Positions 8,646-18,874 of a DNA stretch of 64,000 nucleotides are shown here, in pieces (positions within the stretch are counted from its first letter, which is position 1; each line of letters opens with the position of its first letter). The notes under the pieces were generated by a model. It saw nothing but the letters and a program-made list of their open reading frames with translations, searched no databases and had not been told where the DNA came from. This DNA comes from a bacterium. GTDB lineage: Bacteria > UBA8248. The stretch covers positions 1,773,690 through 1,837,689 of the forward strand of contig OY843592.1 in assembly GCA_963692865.2 (NCBI GenBank), given 5' to 3'. The translations under genes were made by a program, and so were the position numbers.

Positions 8646-8894
8646 GGGCTCATGGACGGCGAGGAAAATGAAAATAATCCTATTTTGGATAAAATTGTAT
8701 AAATTCAGGGGGTTTTTGGATAAATTCCTGAAAACGGACGGAAAGGGATTGGAGAAGAAAATCGTTTTATTTCAACGATTTATACCGTAACCATAATACG
8801 GAGCATGAAGATTTTATCGAATTTTACAGGAAATAAAAATTTTTTCGGACCCGCGCATTTGCCCGCATCTGCGCGCATTTGCCCGCGCGGGGGA

Positions 8895-9956
8895 TCAGGG
8901 GGCGCCGCCGAGGCAGGGGGAAACCTCCCGGACGAAGCGGGCGGCCACGTCGCGCCAGCCGCGCGACGCCGCGCGCTCGATTCCCCGGCGGCCCAGCTCC
9001 CCGCGCAGGGCCTCGTTCTCCAGCAGGTCGATGAGCGCGCCGGCCAGGGCGTCGTCGTCCCCCGGCGGCGGCAGAAGGCCCGCATCGCCCACCGTCTCGG
9101 GCGCCGCCGCGGCGTCGAGGGCCACCACGGGCAGGCCCGCCGCCATGGCTTCCAGGAAGGCGATGCCGAAGCCCTCCTGCAGCGAGGGCAGGCAGAAGAC
9201 GTCCGCCGCCGCGTATTCACGCCGCACGGCCGCATCGTCGGTCACCTCGCCCAGGAGCGTGACGGCGCTCTCCAAGCCGAGCCCCGCCACCTGTTTCTCG
9301 AGACTCCTCAAGGACGGCCCCCCGCCCACGACGCGCAGCTTCGCGCCGGGCGCGGCCTCGAGCACCCTCGGCATGGCCCGGATGAGGCTCCTCGTGTTCT
9401 TCCTGGGGTATTGCCGCGCCACCGAGAGGATGGCGCCGCCCGCCGGGCGCCGCATCGCGCGCACGCGCTCCCAGTCGGCCGGATGGATGCCGTTCCCCAC
9501 GACGCCGACCTTCTCCGCCGCCAGCCCGTACGCCCCGCACGCCACGCCCCGGCTGTATTCGCTGGTGACGATGACCCTGTCGGCCCGCCCCGCGTTGGCG
9601 CGCTCGATATGGGAGAGGGCGCGCAGGTACTGGCGCGGCGCGCCGCGCTCGAAGCGCATCTCGTCCGCCGAGACGCCGTGCAGATAGACGACGAACGGGA
9701 CGTCGACGCGCAGATGGAAGCCGTCGATGTCGAAGCCCACGAGGAGGTCGAAATCACCGGGCGACACGCGGTCCTCCAGCTCCAGGTTGTAGAGGAGCCT
9801 CCCGAGCAGCAGGCTCGACGCGCGCTCGTTCGGGGCGATGATCTCCACCGAATGGCCGCTCGCCTCCAGCCCGCCCGCCAGGCCCGTGATGGCCGCCGCC
9901 GTGCCCGAGCCTCTCGCTACGTCGAGGGTCCAGGAGTTCAAGAAAGCGATGCGCAA
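8895..9956 (-). CDS. GT4-family glycosyltransferase
   Basis: 353 aa. The C-terminal Glycos_transf_1 signature is ..VFCLPSLQEGFGIAFLEAMAAGLPVVA.. Confidence 0.8.
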   Translation of the reverse strand: MRIAFLNSWTLDVARGSGTAAAITGLAGGLEASGHSVEIIAPNERASSLLLGRLLYNLELEDRVSPGDFDLLVGFDIDGFHLRVDVPFVVYLHGVSADEMRFERGAPRQYLRALSHIERANAGRADRVIVTSEYSRGVACGAYGLAAEKVGVVGNGIHPADWERVRAMRRPAGGAILSVARQYPRKNTRSLIRAMPRVLEAAPGAKLRVVGGGPSLRSLEKQVAGLGLESAVTLLGEVTDDAAVRREYAAADVFCLPSLQEGFGIAFLEAMAAGLPVVALDAAAAPETVGDAGLLPPPGDDDALAGALIDLLENEALRGELGRRGIERAASRGWRDVAARFVREVSPCLGGAP

Positions 9957-10028
9957 ACCCCGCCTCTCCCCGAAAAGAAAAGAGGGCGCAATTCCGCGCC
10001 CTCCGCACTCGCGCTCCGGATGGAGGCG

Positions 10029-10367
10029 CTACCCCTGTAACGCCTGGTCCGACTTGGCCGCGAAGACGAAATCGCTCTCCGTCAAGCCGTCTATCTTGTG
10101 CGTCCAGACGGTGACCTTCACCTTCCCCCAAGCCAGATAGATGTCGGGATGATGGCCCTGCTCCTCGGCCATCTCGCCCACGCGGTTCGTGAAGTCGAGC
10201 GCCGCGCGGAAATCGGGGAAGCCGTATTCCTTCTCCAGATGGTGCTCGTCCACCACGCGCCAATCGCCGCCCAGCCGATCCTGCAGGGCGGAGAGTTCCT
10301 CCCCCTTGAGCGGGGGCACGCCGCCCTTGCAGGGCACGCATTCCTTGGCCGCAAGTTCGCTGCTCAT
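10029..10367 (-). CDS. phhB: 4a-hydroxytetrahydrobiopterin (pterin-4a-carbinolamine) dehydratase
   Basis: 112 aa with ..FPDFRAALDFTNRVGEMAEEQGHHPDI..W..V.V.. The HHPD motif is typical of PCD/DCoH. Confidence 0.85.
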   Translation of the reverse strand: MSSELAAKECVPCKGGVPPLKGEELSALQDRLGGDWRVVDEHHLEKEYGFPDFRAALDFTNRVGEMAEEQGHHPDIYLAWGKVKVTVWTHKIDGLTESDFVFAAKSDQALQG

Positions 10368-10454
10368 GGATTTTCCACTCCTCTGTATGGATGATGAAAC
10401 GACCCGGTCGCTCGCCTCATCATCCCCTCTTTCCCCCGAAGCCGCAAGGCCGCG

Positions 10455-11606
10455 TCACCCGCCCTTGAGCGCGGGCATCACCTCCCGGGCGAACTTCTCC
10501 ATGCTGGACGCGGCCTTCTCCACGCCCAGGTTCCCGAAATGAAAGTAGATGACCATCCCGCCGAAGTTCATCCGGTCTTTCTGGGCCATCAATTCATCGC
10601 GCACCTCATCGGCGGTCCCCACGGCCGCCATGCCATCATTCATGAGTTGCTCGGGCGTCCGCGCCTCCTCGCCGATCAGACCCAGGGGTTTCTCCGCCCC
10701 GGGCGCGTCCGCGGTTTCCGGCTTCGGGGACGCGGGCTCCGGCAGGCTGCCCGGAAAGCGGCGCCCGAGTTCCGCCAGAATCTCGGGCTGCGCGCCGTAG
10801 AGGTTTCGCCAGTAATACGAGAGCGCCGGCCCCGCCTCATCAATCGCCTGGGCGCGCGAATCCGCCACGTAGACCTGGTGTTCGAGCCAGACGTGCTCCG
10901 CCCCCGCCTCCCAGCCGCGGGCGCGGCAGCGCTCGCGGTAACGGGCCGCCTTTTCGAGCAAGTCCCTGAAGGGCCTGTGGCTCAGCACGACGGGGGTCCT
11001 CGTCTTGGCGCCCCAGTCGAGCGAGGCGTCGGAATCCGCCGGGAAGAGGATCGGCGGATGGGGCCGCTGCCAGGGCCGCGTCCAGAGCTGGCAGCGCGGG
11101 TAGCGGAAGTACTCGCCCTCCCAGTCGAACGGCTCGCGCTCGCGCCAGGCCTTCACGATGAACTCCCACGCCTCCTGAAAGCGCCCCCGGCTCTCGGCCG
11201 GGTCCACGTTGTAGGCCAGATACTCCCTGTGCGCCCCGCGCAGGAACCCGGCCACGACCCGCCCGCCGCTCAGCACGTCGAGCGCCGCGACCTCCTCCGC
11301 CACGCGCAAGGGCTGGGGATAGAGCGGCAGACAATAGCCGAGTATCGCGATCTTCGCCCGCCGCGTCCGCGCGGCGATGTGGCCCGCGAAGACGCCCGGC
11401 GTGGGCATCGAGCCGAAGTGCGTGCCGTGGTGCTCGTTCAGGCCGATTCCGTCGATTCCCGCCGCCTCGACGCGCTCCCAGAAGCGGAAATGCGACTCCC
11501 ACAGGGCGTGGGCCTTGCGGGCGTCGAACTCCGAGGCGTCGTGCGGATAGCGCGTCCTGCCCTCCAGGTAGGGCCAGGGGATGGTGTCGAACGAATAGAT
11601 TTGCAC
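10455..11606 (-). CDS. LLM-class flavin-dependent oxidoreductase
   Basis: 383 aa with a luciferase-like TIM-barrel pattern (..GIDGIGLNEHHG..). The antisense 406-aa ORF is rejected. Confidence 0.7.
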   Translation of the reverse strand: MQIYSFDTIPWPYLEGRTRYPHDASEFDARKAHALWESHFRFWERVEAAGIDGIGLNEHHGTHFGSMPTPGVFAGHIAARTRRAKIAILGYCLPLYPQPLRVAEEVAALDVLSGGRVVAGFLRGAHREYLAYNVDPAESRGRFQEAWEFIVKAWREREPFDWEGEYFRYPRCQLWTRPWQRPHPPILFPADSDASLDWGAKTRTPVVLSHRPFRDLLEKAARYRERCRARGWEAGAEHVWLEHQVYVADSRAQAIDEAGPALSYYWRNLYGAQPEILAELGRRFPGSLPEPASPKPETADAPGAEKPLGLIGEEARTPEQLMNDGMAAVGTADEVRDELMAQKDRMNFGGMVIYFHFGNLGVEKAASSMEKFAREVMPALKGG

Positions 11607-11721
11607 GAATCCGCCCTCCCCGCCGCTGAACGCGTTCGCCCGCGCGGCGGATTCCGTTATCGCCGGAGCGAGGCCCGGGGAGGCGTCACTCCCCGTCGCC
11701 GAACACGAGGGAGGATTGAAT

Positions 11722-11797
11722 TGGTGGAGCTGAGGGGGATCGAACCCCTGACCTCATGACTGCCAGTCATGCGCTCTCCCAGCTGAGCTACAGCCCC
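11722..11797 (-). tRNA. tRNA-Ala(GGC): tRNA-Ala (anticodon GGC)
   Basis: The reverse complement reads GGGGCTGTAGCTCAGCTGGGAGAGCGCATGACTGGCAGTCATGAGGTCAGGGGTTCGATCCCCCTCAGCTCCACCA. It folds as a cloverleaf with anticodon stem CATGA/TCATG and loop CTGGCAG. It has the G3:U70 Ala identity pair, a GGTTCGATCC T-arm and an encoded CCA. Confidence 0.95.
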
Positions 11798-11894
11798 ATG
11801 CAGGTGGAATTTCCTGAAAACCCCGAGGGGTGCGAAGGAATGTAGCGGAAACCGCGAGTCTAAGTCAACGCAGAAACGAGTGGAACGAAGCGTC

Positions 11895-12974
11895 TTAACC
11901 GCCGGGGTCGGGCTCGCGAACGAATGCCCGCACCTGATCCGCAAGGTCTGTGAAATCGGCGGCGCCCGTCGCGTCTTCGGCCAGGATTTCCACCTCATCC
12001 GGCCCGCTCGCGCCGAGACCGAGTTCGACCGCGCGCCTGATCTGGCGGTGCGACCAGACGGGATAATCGCGCAGGAGCTCGGCGCCCATCGCGCGCACCA
12101 CGGACGCGCCCACAACGTCGACGGCGATGCGGTCGTCCCCTGCGATGATCACGTCCGGCGCGCGCTCCTCCCCGGTGTAGGGGCCGCCTGATATCCAGCA
12201 CTTCGTCCCGTCGAGCACGATCAGGGAAGGTGAATAGAGCAGGTTCGTCTCCATGATCATCTCCGCCATCTGGGAGACGAAATGCGCGCGAACGCGGTCT
12301 CTCGGGTGCACGAACCCGTAGACGTTCTTGAGCGAGAGGCTGAAGCGCGGCCCCCCGCCGTGGCTCTTCATGGTGGGCAGGTTGACGACGTGCCCCCCGG
12401 GCCGCATGAGGCGCTCGATGCAGTGCACCCACCCGCCCCAGCGTATCGCACCAGGCACGCGGGCCTTCACCCAGGGCTCCTCATCGAAGCGCAGGAGGCT
12501 CACGCCCGTCCGCGCCTGAAAATCGTTCATCCCCCAGCGCTCGAAATTCCCGCGCGCGGGCAGGGATAGCAAGCCGCCCATCTCGCCCACGGCCAGATCG
12601 CCGCAGCCCGCCTCTTTCAGGAGGGCGACGACGGTTTCGAGCGTATCGGGATGCGTCGAGGCCGGGAACGGATCGGCCGAGTTGAAGTTGGGCTTCAGGA
12701 GCGCAGGCGCAGGCGAGTCGATGATGTGCCGGACCCCGCCCAGTTTCTCGACCGCCAGGCGTATGGCCTCATCGCGCGTTTTCCCGCGCACCAGGGCCAC
12801 GAGGCTCTTGCCGTCTCTCTTGAGCCGGGGCGCGCGGAGGGGCGGGACTTCCGCTTCGGGGTAAACCTGCTTCGTCTCCTGGAGCGCGCGGTAGGCGGCC
12901 GATTCGTCGAAATCGAGGACTTTCCTGAAATTCTCGGCGCGCGTCGCCACCGGCGTATCGAGCGGCACTATCAT
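11895..12974 (-). CDS. DUF362 domain-containing protein
   Basis: The ORF is open to 13025. I prefer the ATG at 12974 (MIVPLDTP..) because GGGAGG lies about 9 nt upstream. The pattern ..LLKPNFNSADPFPASTHPDTL.. is typical of DUF362. Confidence 0.65.
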   Translation of the reverse strand: MIVPLDTPVATRAENFRKVLDFDESAAYRALQETKQVYPEAEVPPLRAPRLKRDGKSLVALVRGKTRDEAIRLAVEKLGGVRHIIDSPAPALLKPNFNSADPFPASTHPDTLETVVALLKEAGCGDLAVGEMGGLLSLPARGNFERWGMNDFQARTGVSLLRFDEEPWVKARVPGAIRWGGWVHCIERLMRPGGHVVNLPTMKSHGGGPRFSLSLKNVYGFVHPRDRVRAHFVSQMAEMIMETNLLYSPSLIVLDGTKCWISGGPYTGEERAPDVIIAGDDRIAVDVVGASVVRAMGAELLRDYPVWSHRQIRRAVELGLGASGPDEVEILAEDATGAADFTDLADQVRAFVREPDPGG

Positions 12975-13268
12975 TCTCGCATCCTCCCGAAGAAGATGGT
13001 TATCCTGAATTCCCCCAAAAATCATTCTACCCCGAAGGGCGGTTTTGCGAAACCATGCTTCGATGCTCTCATCTCCAGCGATGATGCCGGAACGAAAGCG
13101 GAGAGACAGCGGATATCTGCCCGGATGAAATTGTCTTTCGCCCGCTTCCTGTATTAGACTCTGGCCCCATCAGCGCAAGGCAGGACAAGCGAGTCCAATA
13201 GACGCATCGCCTCCCGAAGCCTCCCGAAGCGCCTCGACGACGATCCTGCACCTGAAGAAAGGTTTTTC

Positions 13269-14105
13269 ATGCTTTTTTTCGTTCAGTTCCTGGCGATGGG
13301 CCTGGGCGTCGGCGTGCTGGGCACGCTGGTGGGCGCGGGCGGCGGCTTCATCCTCACGCCCCTGCTCCTGCTGATCTTCACCGACCAGCCCTCAGAAGTC
13401 ATCGCCGCCACTTCGCTCAGCGTGGTCTGCCTGAACGCCCTTTCGGGTTCGGTCGCCTATTACCGCCAAAAGCGGATCGACATGAAGACCAGCGTTTCTT
13501 TCGCCCTGGCTGGCTCGGTCGGGGCGATCATCGGCGTCTTCGCCACAAGCGAGGTCGCGCGCGGGCCGTTCGACTTCCTGCTGGGCCTGGCCCTGCTGAT
13601 CCTCTGCATCTCCATCATCAACCCGCCGCCTCCCTTAGAGGCGACAAGCAAAAGTCCGGGCGGCATCGGCGCGCTCGCGCACCGGCGCATCGTGGACAGC
13701 CAGGGCACAGTTTACGAATACGCCTTTCGCTTCCGGCTCGGCGCAGCCTTAAGCTCCATCGTGGGTTTTCTGGCGACCTTCCTCGGCATCGGGGGCGGCC
13801 CCATGCACGTGCCGCTGATGATACGGATCTTAAGGATTCCGCCACACATCGCCACCGCCACATCGCAGTGCGAACTACTCTTCACCACCGCCCTCGCCGT
13901 GGCGGCGCATTTCATCCTCGGAAACCTCCACGCGATGAAGAACGTCATCCTTCCCCTCGCGATCGGGATAATCGTAGGCGCGCAAGCGGGCGCCGCGATA
14001 TCGCACCGGGTGAAATCCTTGACACTCACGCGCATCCTGGCGGTGTTGATGACGCTGGTCTCCCTGCAGCTTCTCTACAAGGGGGCGAGCGAATGGCTGT
14101 GGTGA
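13269..14105 (+). CDS. sulfite exporter TauE/SafE family membrane protein
   Basis: 278 aa, multi-TM, with a duplicated ..G(I/A)GGG(F/P).. motif typical of TauE/SafE. Confidence 0.75.
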   Translation: MLFFVQFLAMGLGVGVLGTLVGAGGGFILTPLLLLIFTDQPSEVIAATSLSVVCLNALSGSVAYYRQKRIDMKTSVSFALAGSVGAIIGVFATSEVARGPFDFLLGLALLILCISIINPPPPLEATSKSPGGIGALAHRRIVDSQGTVYEYAFRFRLGAALSSIVGFLATFLGIGGGPMHVPLMIRILRIPPHIATATSQCELLFTTALAVAAHFILGNLHAMKNVILPLAIGIIVGAQAGAAISHRVKSLTLTRILAVLMTLVSLQLLYKGASEWLW

Positions 14106-14241
14106 TTCGCGCCTCGCTCTGGCAAACAAGCGCTGCGTATGTGAGAATGCAGCCTCTGGTGAAAGACCAATTGGACAATTCCATCCATTTCATTCAACGA
14201 GACGTCCGCACGCAGCGGCGGACGAGAAGGAGAGTTTGAAC

Positions 14242-15024
14242 ATGTCGGATAGAGTAACCGTCGTCGAGGTAAAAGACAGAACCCTCTGGGTGGGGCTGAA
14301 CCGCCCCAAAACGCTGAACGCGATGAATTTCCAGATGATCAACGAAGTCATCGAAGCCTTCACGCGGCTCGATGAGGACCCCGACATCGGCGTGGGCGTT
14401 CTCTACGGCCTGAACGGGAATTTCTCATCGGGCGGCGACATGGACATGATGCTGGGTCTGAACTACCAGACGGGCCACGTCTGGAACAACAAGATGCGCC
14501 GCCTTTGCATGACGCTCCGAAACTCCGGCAAGCCGACCATCGCCATGGTGCGCGGCTGGTGCATCGGCGGCGGCAACGAGTGGCAGCTCTACTGCGACCT
14601 GTGCATCGCGAGCGAGAACGCGACGTTCGGCCAGTCGGGCGCGCGCGTGGGCGCGCTGCCCGTGGTGGGCGCCACGCAGTACCTCCCGCTTCTGATGGGC
14701 GACCGCAGGGCGCGCGAGATGCTGTTCCTCGCCAAGCGCTACCCCGCGCAGGAGGCGAAGGAAGTCGGCCTCATCAACGAAGTCGTGCCGGATGACGAAC
14801 TGGAGAAGACGACCGAGGAGTGGTGCGCCACCATCAACTCCCACGCCCCGGCCACGCTGCGCTACATGAAGACGAACCTGAACTTCCTGGGCGACCTCCA
14901 CTATCCCTCCTGGATGCACGGCAGCGAACTGCTGAACGCCGTGTGGAACAACGAGCAATCCGTCGAGGGAATGAACGCGTTCAAGGAGAAAAGGCCGCCG
15001 GATTTCAGCCGCTTCCCGAGGTAG
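14242..15024 (+). CDS. enoyl-CoA hydratase/isomerase (crotonase) family protein
   Basis: ATG at 14242, 8 nt after AGGAGAG (the ORF track starts at the TTG at 14236). Crotonase pattern: ..LNRPKTLNAM.. and ..GWCIGGGNEWQLYCDLCIAS.. Confidence 0.8.
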   Translation: MSDRVTVVEVKDRTLWVGLNRPKTLNAMNFQMINEVIEAFTRLDEDPDIGVGVLYGLNGNFSSGGDMDMMLGLNYQTGHVWNNKMRRLCMTLRNSGKPTIAMVRGWCIGGGNEWQLYCDLCIASENATFGQSGARVGALPVVGATQYLPLLMGDRRAREMLFLAKRYPAQEAKEVGLINEVVPDDELEKTTEEWCATINSHAPATLRYMKTNLNFLGDLHYPSWMHGSELLNAVWNNEQSVEGMNAFKEKRPPDFSRFPR

Positions 15025-15034
15025 GGAAACGATT

Positions 15035-15240
15035 CATTATCCCGGCCGCCGCACCCTTAGGGGGTTGTTGAAAAAGCCCGATGCGGCGCAATCCCCTACT
15101 CGTCCTGCGCAGCCCGCCGCTCCGCCTCACCCTGAGTAGCGCGAAGCCGCGTATCGAAGGGCGAAATTCGCGCCCGCCGGAGAGATGCGCCCCCATCCTT
15201 CGATACGGCGCTTACGCGCCTACTCGGGATGAGGGTTCGG
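15035..15240. repeat. ~190-bp repeat, inverted copy of the interior of 2635-2904
   Basis: The reverse complement of 15041-15235 aligns along its length to 2715-2905. Shared blocks include ..GAGTAGGCGCG(C/T)AAGCGCCGTATCGAAGGATGGGGGCGCATC.. and ..GGGATTGCGCCGCATCGG(C/G)CTTTTTCAACAACCCCCT.. Only scattered substitutions are seen. Confidence 0.7.
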
Positions 15241-15404
15241 AGCGCTTGCCCGGGATGAGAGCGTCAAGCGTTCCGCGAAGCCCGATGCCGCGAGGTGGGT
15301 CAATCCCGACCGGCGTCCCCTGCACATCCCCCCCTCGAATGACGACCGTAGCGGACAGGCCCCAGCGCCTGTCCGAGGTCGCTACGAAGCGGCGCGGCTT
15401 TGTT

Positions 15405-15546
15405 CGTCATTCCGGCGAAAGCCGGAATCCATTTGTTTTGCTTTGTTTTTTATTTTCTGCCTGGTTCTCGCCAATGCCGAGTAAATGAAAAGCCGGTGTA
15501 TTGTCATTCTGATCGAGAATGGATTCCGGCTTTCGCCGGAATGACG
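15405..15546. repeat. 142-bp MITE-like element with perfect 29-bp terminal inverted repeats
   Basis: CGTCATTCCGGCGAAAGCCGGAATCCATT at 15405-15433 is exactly reverse-complementary to 15518-15546. The core between them is AT-rich. A solo related hairpin GTCATTCCGGCGAAAGCCGGAATGAC lies at 30534-30559. Confidence 0.75.
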
Positions 15547-15667
15547 GCCGGAGACTGCGAATCCCGGAGTAATAGCCCCTCTTCGGGGCTGCTCCACAAG
15601 CCCCCGCCGCGCTGTCCTGATGAAGGACAACCACGGGGGGTTGTCCCTACAAGCGCAAACCCGGCCC

Positions 15668-16333
15668 CTACCGGGCGTAGCCCCTGCGCTTGTAGACGCC
15701 GGGGGAGCCGGGCTCCTGGCGGTAATAGCTCCGCACGCGCGCTGTCCATTCCGAAGCGTTCATGTGCTTCCATTCGGGCGTTCCGCGCACGGATTCATCC
15801 TCCATCTCATAGAGGACGATCATGAGCCGCTCCCCCTCCACGGGGCTGTAGCGGCGCATGCGCCTCACCCCCGGCACCTTCTCGCAAAGCGGGCCGCGAT
15901 CTTGGGAGTACCAGCCGTTGAAGTCGGCGAGTCTGTCCTGGGGCACGTTGATCCTGCCGAACTGGACGACGGGGGCGAGGCCCGCCGCATCCACCGAGGG
16001 GAAATCGGGCGGCCGGGCGGGCAGGCCGGGATAGACCTGCGCGCACACGAGGCGGATGTGGGTCCTCGGGGTGGCGGGGAAGCGCATTTCTGCGGCGTCC
16101 ATGAGCGAGGCGAACTCCTCGCCGTAGAACACGTGGACGTTCTCCGCCTCCATGAGGATCAGGCAGCGCGGCGCGCCGTCTACGGCCTCATAGACAGCGC
16201 CTCCGTTCACGCCCGGAACTTCGAGCATACGCGAGAGACGAACCTTGTCGAGCCACCCGAGCGCCTGCTCTTCCTCGCCTTCGGCGAAGTCGAACAACTC
16301 GGCGAGCAAACCCATGCCGTGTGTGCGTACCAA
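15668..16333 (-). CDS. hypothetical protein
   Basis: 221-aa ORF with normal-looking composition and no recognised motif. An EthD/Dabb-like tandem fold is only a guess. Confidence 0.5.
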   Translation of the reverse strand: MVRTHGMGLLAELFDFAEGEEEQALGWLDKVRLSRMLEVPGVNGGAVYEAVDGAPRCLILMEAENVHVFYGEEFASLMDAAEMRFPATPRTHIRLVCAQVYPGLPARPPDFPSVDAAGLAPVVQFGRINVPQDRLADFNGWYSQDRGPLCEKVPGVRRMRRYSPVEGERLMIVLYEMEDESVRGTPEWKHMNASEWTARVRSYYRQEPGSPGVYKRRGYAR

Positions 16334-16382
16334 AAGAATCTTGCCTCTTTGGCGACGGGAAATAGAATGGGGAGAGTCTACA

Positions 16383-16706
16383 CTATTTCTTCTGGAGAGC
16401 CACCCGTATCGTGCCCCCGTACTGCGCGGCCACCAGATGATGGGGGCGATATCCTTCCTTGACGATCTCGACCGTGAACGTATCCGCGTAATGATCCTTG
16501 ATCTTCTTCCAGGGGATGAGGACCGGCGATTTCCCTATCTTCTCCTTGCCGAGCTTCACCGTGGCGCCCGGAGGCTCCGTGATCACCTCCACGCCGCGCG
16601 GCACCATGTCGCCGCACGCGCTCAAAACGAAAACGGCGGCGAGAAGCGCCAATCCCATGCCGAGGGTCTTGCGCATTCTTCGTTTCTCCTTCATTGCTTT
16701 ACACAT
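16383..16706 (-). CDS. PEGA-domain lipoprotein
   Basis: Signal peptide with the lipobox ..AAVFVLSAC. It is followed by ..ITEPPGATVKLGKEKIGKSPV..V.KEGY.., a PEGA-like motif. The real start is probably an internal Met. Confidence 0.65.
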   Translation of the reverse strand: MCKAMKEKRRMRKTLGMGLALLAAVFVLSACGDMVPRGVEVITEPPGATVKLGKEKIGKSPVLIPWKKIKDHYADTFTVEIVKEGYRPHHLVAAQYGGTIRVALQKK

Positions 16707-16768
16707 CGAATCCCATATACGTGAAGCGGGCGCGACCCAAAAGCCTTCATCTTGACTTTCAGGGGATT

Positions 16769-17317
16769 ATGAACGCATATCTTGACAAAATCCAGCCGCG
16801 AAACGCACCTTCAGCGAGAATATCGAAACGAGAGGAGTTCCGCTTGCGCAGGCACCGCTATTATTTCGACCTCATACTTGAGGGCATGGACAAATACAAC
16901 CTCGCCGACTGCATCGTGGACGAATACCTGCCCCTCACCGCGCAGATGCCCATCTGGGAGATTGCGGAAAAAATCCGCGAGGGGCACTTCCATTTCGAGC
17001 ACGAAAGCCCGGAGCCGCTTGAGGAATTCCCGAAAAACCTCGAAGCCTTCAGCGCCTATCTCCACCAGGTGGTCAAGGGCTTTCACGCGGTGGAAGAGGC
17101 GGAAGACACCCAGGTCCGTCTCGTCGAGGCCCAAAAAATCCTCGCGCTCCGGGGCGAGGTCGTCACACTACCCTTGAGGCTCCCGCCCACGCTCCGGCTC
17201 AACGACCTGGATCCCGACGCCGAGGATATCGACCACATCGAGGCGCGCTGGCCGGACTACCCGCGCTGGCTCCAGGACGGGATGCGGCGAAAGCATCCCT
17301 ACTTGAGGCGTCTGTAG
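16769..17317 (+). CDS. hypothetical protein
   Basis: I chose the in-frame ATG at 16769 (MNAYLDKIQ..) because the track start at 16694 would overlap the divergent lipoprotein gene. No family is recognised. Confidence 0.5.
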   Translation: MNAYLDKIQPRNAPSARISKREEFRLRRHRYYFDLILEGMDKYNLADCIVDEYLPLTAQMPIWEIAEKIREGHFHFEHESPEPLEEFPKNLEAFSAYLHQVVKGFHAVEEAEDTQVRLVEAQKILALRGEVVTLPLRLPPTLRLNDLDPDAEDIDHIEARWPDYPRWLQDGMRRKHPYLRRL

Positions 17318-17335
17318 CGGGCGGGGAAAAGCAAA

Positions 17336-18874
17336 TCAGGGGCTGATCTTCAGGAAGTTCGGGTCGCTCTCGTCCCCGGAGGGGTCGAGCGTCTCGCTCA
17401 CGCCGTTCCCATCGCCCGCGCGCGGGGTCTCCTCGGCAGGAGGCGTGCGCTCACTTTCATCCTGTTCATTCACCTGACCCGCTTCGAGTTCTCCCGGCGT
17501 TTTTTCTACGGAGGAGAACTGCGCGAGGTCCTCTTCCTCGCCCGCGTCATGCGCCTGAAGCGCGCGCGGGGTTCTCTCCAGCGGGGATATCCGATCGATC
17601 TCGCCTTCGCTCCCCGGCGCGACGCCCAGTTCCCGGAACTTCCGCGCCGACACCAGCACGCGCGTCTCATACGAACCCACCGCCTTGTTGTAGGCCTCGA
17701 CCGCCCTGTCCAGGCCCCGGCCCATGGTCTCGAAATGTTTCGAGAGCGTTTTGAGACGCGCGTAAAGTTCCCCTCCAAGCGCGCTCACCGCCTGGGCGCT
17801 CTCGGCCACCTTCTCCTGCCGCCAGCCGTAGGCCACCGCGCGCAAAAGGGCGATGAGCGTCGTGGGCGTCGCCAGAATGACCTGGCGGCTTACGCCCTCC
17901 TCTATCAGGCCGGGTTCCTGCTCCAGCGCCGCGCTGAAGAAGCTCTCCCCGGGCAGGAACATCGCCACGAACTCGGGCGTGGACTCGCACTGATCCCAAT
18001 ACGCCTTCGAACCCAGGCGGTTCATGTGGTCGCGAATCTGGCGCGCGTGCTCTCCCAAAAAGGCGCGGCGCGCGTCCTCGTCTTCGGCTTCGAGCGAATT
18101 CAAGTAGGCTTCGAGCGGCGCCTTGGCGTCGACCACCACGTTCTTCCCGCCGGGCAGCTTCACGATGAGGTCGGGGCGCAGGCGCGCCTCCTCGCCCTCG
18201 AGCGTCTGCTGCTCCACGAAGTCGCAGTGCGCCACCATGCCGGCCATCTCCACCACGCGCCTTAACTGCATCTCCCCCCAGCGGCCGCGCACGCTGGGCG
18301 CGCGCAGGGCCTTCACGAGGTTGCCCGTCTCCGATTGAAGCTCCTTTTGCGCGCTCGCGAGGGACTTGACCTGCTCGGTGAGCGAGCCGTACGCCTCCCG
18401 CCTAGCCCGCTCGAGGTCCTCCACCTGGCCCCCGACCTTGTCGAGCGACTCCCGGATGGGGGCGACCAGGGTTTCCACCGCCTTCTGGCGCGCTTCCAGG
18501 TCGCCCTTGGCCTCGCTCTGGAATTTTTCGAGGGTCGCCTTCGCCAGATCGAGAAAAGAGGCGTTGTTGCTCTTTAAAGCATTGGCGCTCAGCGCGCCGA
18601 AACTCTCGCGCATCTCCTCGGTCGCGCCGCGAAGCAGGTCGATTTTCTCCTGCGCCGATTTGCGCTCGTGCGCGAGGTCGGACTCGATGCGCGCCACGTT
18701 CTCTCGCAGGGCCGTGTTCTTGTCCTGCTCGGCGGCGTGGGCCGCCTGGGCGTCGGCCTTTTCCTTCTCGGCGTTGCGCAGCATCCGGGACAAGCCCGAT
18801 ATCCGCGACCTCATGGCGAACCAGAGGCACAAGGCGAGGGCGGCGGCTCCCGAGGCGACGTGCCAGATTTCCAT
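17336..18874 (-). CDS. rmuC: DNA recombination protein RmuC
   Basis: N-terminal TM helix ([21 protein letters not shown]), a long coiled coil, and the conserved ..[27 protein letters not shown].. nuclease-like core. The ORF is open to 18925. Confidence 0.85.
   Translation of the reverse strand: MEIWHVASGAAALALCLWFAMRSRISGLSRMLRNAEKEKADAQAAHAAEQDKNTALRENVARIESDLAHERKSAQEKIDLLRGATEEMRESFGALSANALKSNNASFLDLAKATLEKFQSEAKGDLEARQKAVETLVAPIRESLDKVGGQVEDLERARREAYGSLTEQVKSLASAQKELQSETGNLVKALRAPSVRGRWGEMQLRRVVEMAGMVAHCDFVEQQTLEGEEARLRPDLIVKLPGGKNVVVDAKAPLEAYLNSLEAEDEDARRAFLGEHARQIRDHMNRLGSKAYWDQCESTPEFVAMFLPGESFFSAALEQEPGLIEEGVSRQVILATPTTLIALLRAVAYGWRQEKVAESAQAVSALGGELYARLKTLSKHFETMGRGLDRAVEAYNKAVGSYETRVLVSARKFRELGVAPGSEGEIDRISPLERTPRALQAHDAGEEEDLAQFSSVEKTPGELEAGQVNEQDESERTPPAEETPRAGDGNGVSETLDPSGDESDPNFLKISP

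Noticed and set aside
7980-8790. ORFs of 196-240 aa in the region right of IS copy 1
   Set aside because: They read through concatenated REP modules, giving the translations typical of such repeats (for example ..PLKGGVISFLIL.., ..FFNNP..). They have no start context or family motif.
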